Positions 25,021 through 32,000 of a stretch of 32,000 nucleotides of DNA are shown piece by piece; the first letter of the stretch is position 1, and the number at the start of each line of letters is the position of its first letter. The stretch comes from Zygophlyctis sp. KS116. Lineage: Eukaryota; Fungi; Chytridiomycota. Below the pieces are notes generated by a model. That model saw only the letters and a list, made by a program, of their open reading frames with translations, was not told the DNA's origin and searched no databases. Where the stretch lies: positions 1-32,000 of the forward strand of contig BAAFSQ010000069.1 in the NCBI GenBank assembly GCA_054661495.1, written 5' to 3'. The translations under genes were made by a program, and so were the position numbers.

Positions 25021-26316
25021 ATGAGGGAATATACTCCAATCAAGGATATGACTAATGCTTCTAATACAACTCAGGAGATTGCTCGATTGGAAAATGAGAC
25101 GTTTATGACACAGAGGGGTGGTAAATTGTAAGCAATTTGATAGTTTATGATTAAAGCATAGAAGATTCTTCCATTCCAAAAGTAAATATCTTTTTCTAAA
25201 TTAGAGATGCCTGCAATTTTTGAAAATCATAGAACTCTGCAATCTACTCTATTGTTGCAAAAGAAAAAGGAAATGGCTCATGTCCAGGATCAGTTGGAGA
25301 AGAAAAGGGCAGAATTTGCCATAAGAATGGAAGATTGCAAATATAAACAAGAAGAGTTAAGGACAAAGGTATGATTAGTTAAATAATTCAAACACTAGCA
25401 AAAACAAGTTAGAGATCGAGTTCTAAAGTTTGAAAAGTTTTTGAAAGAGAATGATGCTAAAAGGCAAAGAGCGAATATTAAGGCTCAAACTGAGAGAAAA
25501 ACGAGGGAATTGAAGGAATTGGAATTGGCTAATTTACAAAAACATTTGGATGAAATTAGATTTAAATCCGAACGAATTGGTACCGTAATTAGTATTTATT
25601 GATGATTTAATTTTAGAAAAACATCAAATTTATGAGGAATATCTCCAGTCAGTCGTAGACAATATTCCGCCCGATTACCTTGATATAAATGAACCTCATA
25701 TAAATGATGTTCTAATGCGGCATAAAACATTATTAGAAACAAATGAGGATTTAATACAAACTGTGCAAAAATTTCAGGATTCCATTGAAAAAGAACAGAA
25801 TCAATTAGCGAATTTTATAAAGGTAAGAATATGCCTACTGAATGTAGGAAAAAAATGATCAAATTCTGGTTTACAACTCTTCATTAGGAACCTCACAGAA
25901 AAAATTAGAGAAGCTAAAGCAGGACGCTTCTTATTTTGAGCAGCGATTAAAAGAAAGAGATAATACTGGAAAAGAAAGGGTAATAATTGATTTTCTCAAA
26001 ATAGATGAGAATAATGGGCGAGGCTAAATTGGCTATCAATAATTTATTTAATCGGATTAATGGAAAATCAAAAGCCCGAAGTGATGAATCTGATAGCAAA
26101 ATTGCCCCTTCTAGTAACCCCGTCGCTGCAAAAATATTATTGGCTGATACAGTATCAAATTCAGATCCAGTAACAGTCAGGACTGGGCCCGCAAACACAG
26201 AAAGGAATATATCTGAAAAGTTAAATGTAATCCAGGATACAATAATAGATATGTCAGCGGTGGTTCAAAAAGTTGAGCAATTTCTTGCCAAAGAAAGAGA
26301 TAAAGGCAGAACTTGA
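25021..26316 (+). CDS. CCDC42: CCDC42/CFAP73-like (DUF4200) cilia/flagella coiled-coil protein
   Basis: Spliced TLLLQKKKEM...KRAEF..RME...KFEKFLKENDAKRQRA...YEEYLQSVV...RHKTL. Mostly missed by the ORF track because of micro-introns; 5' splice choices are ambiguous. Confidence 0.8.
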
Positions 26317-26320
26317 TTTT

Positions 26321-29162
26321 TTATTTTTGTTCTTCTGCGAGTAAAGCTAAAAAGTTTAATACATCGATGTATGTGGGTAGATAGTAATGTGCGGCGGAGC
26401 TTTTGAGGCCTACGGTTACTGTCCAAACGGATCTCAAATTTGAGGCCCGCAATAACGTATCTATGAGTTTAGAAACATAATTTCAATTACCAAATCCTCG
26501 ATTGATTTCTTCAATTACTGAAGGCTGATTTCCGCCTGGGGTCGACACTTCCACATAAGGAGAATGACTCGGTTCTGAGCCAGAGTTGGTCCTGGAATGG
26601 CCTTCGTCTCTTCTAAAATACTCAAACATTGGTTCATCTAGGCGATCATCTCCTATACAAATGATGCAGTCAATCCATTGACGCTTTACATCATGTGTTA
26701 AATTTGAATTTGGGAATATCTGACCCGGAGAGCTAACAATAAAAGCTGAATTTGGCTCTGGAGAGCTTTCTGAATCATAGAGCAATTTTTGTTTGGAGTT
26801 TGAAAACGCCTCAGAAGCAGATTTTGACCTATTTTTGAAGAATTCATCAGAAGTATTATAGCGTGAACGACGACCTTGATGGTATTCCAGAATTTTTTTA
26901 GTCGCTACACCTTTGCTAACCTAATTTTCTTAGAAAATATATATACATTTCTAGGCATAACTGAAACAGATGTTTTTTTGGCTATTGGATGAATGGCGTA
27001 AGTTGCTCCAAGTGAATTTTGAATATGATTCAAGCATTCGGCAGCTTGCCATTTTCCAAAGGTCAGATCAGCAAATCCAAAATGCCAAACTATAGATGTT
27101 TCTTTCTGCTCTATGTAAGATCCTGGAGTCCTGTCTGAATAATATTCAAATATTTCCAGGACTCCCTTTTTCCAAGATGTATCTATTTCAGGAAATAGTG
27201 GCGACCAGAAATTCTTATCGGCAAATTTGATAAAGCTTCCATTTTCAGCAGACATTCCCAAGTTTGGAATACTTTTGAAGATTTCCAACGCTTCTTTCCG
27301 TTTTGTACTCATCAAATATACTACATTTTTGTTGTCTGCTGCTAACCTGGCGAGCAAATCGTATATGGATTGCATTGATTTGGTATCAATCGACAGAAAA
27401 TCATGTTCGTATACCTTCCAAAGGGTGCCATCATCATCAATCAGCTAAATATTAATATATAATAAAAAATTTACTAAAAGCCTTTTTTGACTTTCAAGAA
27501 AGTCAGTCAAAACTTCTGAGTTTTTAAGTAGTTGAATATGGGATGGTAAATTCTCAGAGAGTTCCATATTTAAGCGACGCAACTCTTTTGTAAATTTCTC
27601 CACATAAATAGGAGCAGTGTTTGCCTGCACATTAGAGTATAGATGCTAAGATTAAAATTTGAAATAATATTACATGCCAGCGACTCTTCTTTTCTTCAAA
27701 AGACATTTCCAATGCTTCAAATATAGCTTCAGCGACTTCCTGTTTATCCCAAGGATTTACTCGAATAGCTGATCCAAAGCTACCATAGGTACCAGCAAAT
27801 TCACTCATAATAAGTGGTGAATATTTCCCTTCCTGACAAACAACATATTCATGTGAAGTAAGATTCATACCATCTCTTAATGATGTAATAAGACACGCAT
27901 CAGCAATCTAAACATATAAAAACAAAAAAGGTACAGTTAAAAGAGCCAAATAATGAGCAAATGAAATATCTTGATGCAAATATACAACTGGTAGATATTC
28001 TATTGACCCAAATCTTGAATTTATCCTAGCTACAACATCAGAAACAAAACATTCATTTTCATTTGCTTCTGTAGTAGATAAAGCCACTTGTATCAAAACC
28101 ACTTTCCCAACCCATTCAGGATACAAGAATAAAAAGCGTTCAAAAGCCAAAAGTTTTTGACGAACTCCTTTAACATAATCAGACTTGTCTCTCCCAATAA
28201 CAATCTTTTTCCCAGCAAACTTTTCTTTTAAAGACGCAATCATCTCTGGAACTTTTGGATCAGTTCTAATTATAATTTTTTTCTTAAATTACCTCTTTTC
28301 ATTTAGAGCCATAATATTTATTCCAATTGGAAAAATCCCAACTGAGACTATTGTATTATCCAATTGAATCCCTTTTGGGGTAGATTCAACTGATAATAAT
28401 CTTGTACAAGTCATTAAAAAATGCCTTAAAAAAGAATAAGTCTGAAATCCAATCAAATCCGCTCCTAAAATCCCTTTTAGTATTTGCTGTCTAACATGTA
28501 GACATCTAAAAATTTCACTTGAAGGAAAAGGAATATGCCAAGATTTTAAAATTATAAAACTTACAGAAAAAATCCAATTGGAGCACTCGACAATCTTTTA
28601 CGAACCATTTCTGGAACCAACATTAAATGATAATCATTTATCCAAACTATACAATGAGTTTTCTTAAAATACTTAAATCCCCCTCCTTATAACATTCCAC
28701 TATTGCATCTGCAAACTTTTGATTAACTTGCACATACTGATCCCAAGAAGACTTATCATAGTCTACACAATTTGAATCTGCCAAGAATTGATAATGAAAT
28801 GTTTTCCATAACAACTACCATTAATAGATCTAAAATACCCTTTTACAAAACTGATTATAATGACCATCCATTTCCTCATCAGACACAAAAACCGGAACCT
28901 GATCTATGGCATCCAACTTTTCTACCAATTGACGAGTCTGCTCAATTGACATTTTCGGACTAGAGAGTCCCAAAGTTCCAATCCATTTTCTAGGAAGCAG
29001 ATCTGAACTTAACGAAGAAATAGCATTTTGCAAGCCGATATTACCATGAGCATTCGGCACAAGATCCAACGTTTGACCAGGACTGACTGATGCATTGAGC
29101 GGTTGGTTTTCTGTTACAATGACTGTGCAAGGAAGGAAAAGCGACACAACCAACAAGCTCAT
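26321..29162 (-). CDS. TPS2: Trehalose-6-phosphate synthase/phosphatase (GT20 + HAD), Tps2-like
   Basis: VSLFLP, HGNIGLQNA, WINDYHLML, HIPFPSSE, GMNLTSHEY, SEFAG, DDDGTL, AENG, CIGDDRLDEPMF; TAA at 26321-26323. Confidence 0.9.
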
Positions 29163-29178
29163 CAAAAAAGACTAAAAA

Positions 29179-30522
29179 ATGTCCTTGTTCCCAAAAGAGT
29201 CTGCACAGACAATGGCAGAAAGCTTGGGACTTGCAATCTCTGATAATGTTGCTGCTCATCTAGTCCAAGATGCAGAGTATCGGCTCAGGGAAATCATTCA
29301 TGAGGCAACTAAATTTATGAAAAGTTCAAAGAGGAGCAAATTGCTGCCTTGTGATATAAATTATGCTCTAAGAGTAAAGAATGTAGAGCCTTTGTATGGA
29401 TATGATGTATCGGCTCCTTCAGAATTTAGAATGACTAGCTCTGGATCGCATGTTTTGTATTATGCTGCTGATAAGGAATATGATTTAGAGGAATTAATAT
29501 CGGCTGAATTACCTCCAATTCCTTTAGATGTTACAATGTCGGCACATTGGTTAGCGATTGAAGGTGTTCAACCAAGGATTATACAAAATCCAACTCCAGC
29601 AGATTTAATGGATAGAGAAAAGAGATTGGTATTAAGTGGAGATGTAAGTTTATAATTTAATATGTAAGAAGCCAAATGTAACTGCAAATGGGGAAAAGAA
29701 GGATGGGGGACCATTGATTAAAACTGTACTCACTAGGGAATTAGCATTATATTATTCAAAAATAATTGAAGCACTTCTTTCTAATGATGAAAATGTTAAG
29801 AAAAGTGGGATTGAAAGTATTGGACAAGATCCTGGAATTCAAGGTTTATTACCATATTTGGTAGATTTTCTATCCGAGACTGTAAATTTCTTTATTAACT
29901 CTAGATTTCTAAAAATATTTCAAATTTAAGAGTCATGTGGACAATGATGAGACTGATTAGAGCAATTTTATATAATCCTGATCTATTTGTTGAACCTTAT
30001 CTACATCATTTAACTCCAAACATTTTATCTTGCTTATTGGCAAAAAAACTATCTGAAAATTCACTTTCTTCTGCAAATGATTGTAGAGTTTTTGCGTCTC
30101 AATTACTGTCTCATATTTGTTCTACATATGGAGATGCATATCCTACTCTAGTTCCAAGAGTTACAAAAACACTTTTACGTGCATTTTTGGATTCTAGTAA
30201 ATCTCTTGGGTACAGATATGGTGCTATTGTAGGTCTAGAAGGACTTGGACCAACAGTCTTAAAATCTGTTGTTCTCCCAAATGTTAAATCTTTTGCTGAA
30301 GAAATGCAGATTGCTATAACTACTCCTGATTTTGAAGCTGAAGGACAATCCTGTATTCAAGCCATGGAGAAATTACTAGTTTATTTGGCTAAATTTGAAC
30401 TTAAATCCCGAATTGAACAAGGTGAACCTCCCTCTACAGCCCAGAATTATATTCATCGTACTCTTGGACCTCAACTGGGCTTGTATGAAAAGAGAGTTCT
30501 ATCTCAAGTCTTGGAATCTTGA
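29179..30522 (+). CDS. TAF6: TFIID/SAGA subunit TAF6
   Basis: Histone fold AESLG...DAEYRLREII...NVEPLYG, AHWLAIEGVQP, DPGIQGLLPY, EPYLH; introns 29644-29668 and 29882-29904. Confidence 0.95.
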
Positions 30523-30626
30523 TTCATGGATATCATGGATTAGAAAAAAATAAATTGAAAATCCTGAAAAACTTTTTCTAATTATTGATTCTAGAGACAC
30601 TTTTTCCCTTTAGAAATCTGTAATTC

Positions 30627-31061
30627 TTAAAATCCTAATTCCATTATTAATAAAACCTTACTCAACTTTGTAAAAAACCACTTATTCTTTCCAGAATTGT
30701 ATCTTTCTTCAAAAACCTTTCTGATTGCCTTTTTAGCTGCCTGACGCTGTGAAGGTTCCTTGAAAGATTCCATAGAGACAACTTGTTTCAAATCCATTTC
30801 CAAATTATATCTAGTAGGCATCATATGATTATAGTTGACAACTTTAATAAAAGGCTTAATCTTTGATCTTTTAGCAATCTTCTTTTTTCCCATTCCCTTT
30901 GTGATTGGACGAGGTGCCACTTCTACTCCGGCGATAACAGCATGAGGAAAAGGTCTCGATGCAGTTCCCTCATCATAGTTTTTGACGACGACGGCCTTCT
31001 TACCAGCCTGTCTCCCATTCAACAATAGCACAACTTTACTAGACTTGATCAACTTGACCAT
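30627..31061 (-). CDS. RPL27: 60S ribosomal protein eL27
   Basis: GRQAGKKAV, KPFIKVVNYNHMMPTRY, GKNKWFF; removing intron 30635-30661 restores the conserved KLRF end. Confidence 0.97.
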   Translation of the reverse strand: MVKLIKSSKVVLLLNGRQAGKKAVVVKNYDEGTASRPFPHAVIAGVEVAPRPITKGMGKKKIAKRSKIKPFIKVVNYNHMMPTRYNLEMDLKQVVSMESFKEPSQRQAAKKAIRKVFEERYNSGKNKWFFTKLSKVLLIMELGF

Positions 31062-31092
31062 TTTTTTTCTTCCTTGACCTTTTTACGGCTAT

Positions 31093-31180
31093 CCATAGGT
31101 CTTACCATAGGTCCTCCATAGGTCCTCCATAGGTTAACCACGGGAGGGTGTGCAAAAAAGACACAGTCCCCAGTCAAAAA
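31093..31180. promoter_or_regulatory. Bidirectional RPL27/RPL23 promoter with four CCATAGGT motifs
   Basis: CCATAGGT at 31093, 31105, 31116 and 31127; CAGTCAAA at 31171 is one mismatch from HomolD CAGTCACA. Confidence 0.55.
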
Positions 31181-31246
31181 CACTGGTGAGTGTCAGACTT
31201 TGCCACTCGTCGCATAGGAAAAAGGTTTAAAAAAGATTTTTTACTA

Positions 31247-31702
31247 ATGAGCAAATCTACAAGGTAATTTCAAAAGTTGTAATTATAAAGAGGTCGATCA
31301 GGTGCTACAGGAACTAAACTCAGAATGACCCTCGGTCTGCCAGTTGGAGCTGTCATGAATTGTGCTGACAACTCTGGAGCAAAGAACTTATATATTCTTG
31401 CTGTAAAGGGAATTCATGCCCGATTGAATCGTTTGCCAGCTGCTGGTGTTGGAGATATGGTCTTGGCTACCGTCAAAAAGGGAAAACCTGAATTGCGTAA
31501 AAAGGTTCATCCTGCTGTAGTGGTTCGTCAAAGAAAACCTTGGAGAAGGAGAGATGGGGTCTTTCTTTATTTTGAAGATAATGCAGGAGTTATTGTCAAT
31601 CCTAAAGGTGAAATGAAGGGATCAGCAATTACAGGGCCTGTTGGAAAGGAATGTGCGGATATTTGGCCAAAAATTGCTTCATCTTCAGGAACAGTTGTTT
31701 AG
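31247..31702 (+). CDS. RPL23: 60S ribosomal protein uL14
   Basis: ATG 31247, intron 31264-31290, [20 protein letters not shown]...[10 protein letters not shown]. Confidence 0.97.
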
Positions 31703-31813
31703 ATGGAAGCATAATAAAAATAAAGACTAAAGAAATCTTGAAATTTTTTCAATTTTTTTCAATTTTGCGAGATTAGACTGGTTTTCATTGTTAGAATGAT
31801 ATCTAGAATTTAA

Positions 31814-32000
31814 CTATATTCTTGTGTAAAAGAGCATGTAAACTTGACGATCACTCTTGTCTTGTAATACATCCTCCAGGGTGGATTTAGATAAAACAGT
31901 GTCATCTATAAGCATCCAGTCCTTGGAACCTAATAAAACATGGCAAGTATAATGACCACCGGTAGACATTTTTCCATGATGATATACAACTATTATAAAG
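31814..32000 (-). CDS. UBP3: 3' exon of a ubiquitin-specific protease (UBP3/USP10-like), partial
   Basis: His box VYHHGKMSTGGHYT...WMLIDD...VYMLFYTRI* in exon 31814-31989; absent from the ORF track. Confidence 0.8.
   Translation of the reverse strand, partial: FIIVVYHHGKMSTGGHYTCHVLLGSKDWMLIDDTVLSKSTLEDVLQDKSDRQVYMLFYTRI

Overview
AT-rich eukaryotic DNA from a very compact genome, most plausibly a zoosporic (chytrid-like) fungus. This is inferred from fungal-type CMK1, Puf4 and Tps2, a flagellar CCDC42/CFAP73 gene and Crinkler-type genes. The ORF track is fragmented because almost every gene is split by tiny GT-AG introns (23-33 nt; more than 60 by hand count). After manual splicing the window holds about 19 genes: a multi-module plant-type LRR protein with one 72-nt exon per repeat, two Crinkler/RHS-type NTPase+REase genes (one frameshifted), a circularly permuted ATP-grasp ligase, CMK1, CCCH-Puf4, mitochondrial RRF, RVB2, EDC4, CLEC16A, ERB1, FAM135, a small orphan, CCDC42, TPS2, TAF6, RPL27, RPL23 and the 3' end of a UBP3-like gene. 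Highlights: (1) exon-per-LRR cassettes with hypervariable surface residues; (2) length-defined micro-introns, including many stop-free 3n introns; (3) operon-like packing (TAA-a-ATG junction, overlapping ORFs, divergent ATGs 16 nt apart); (4) a box C/D snoRNA for 5.8S rRNA in the only clearly long intron. All gene models and family calls come from manual reading and motif recognition; no searches were run.
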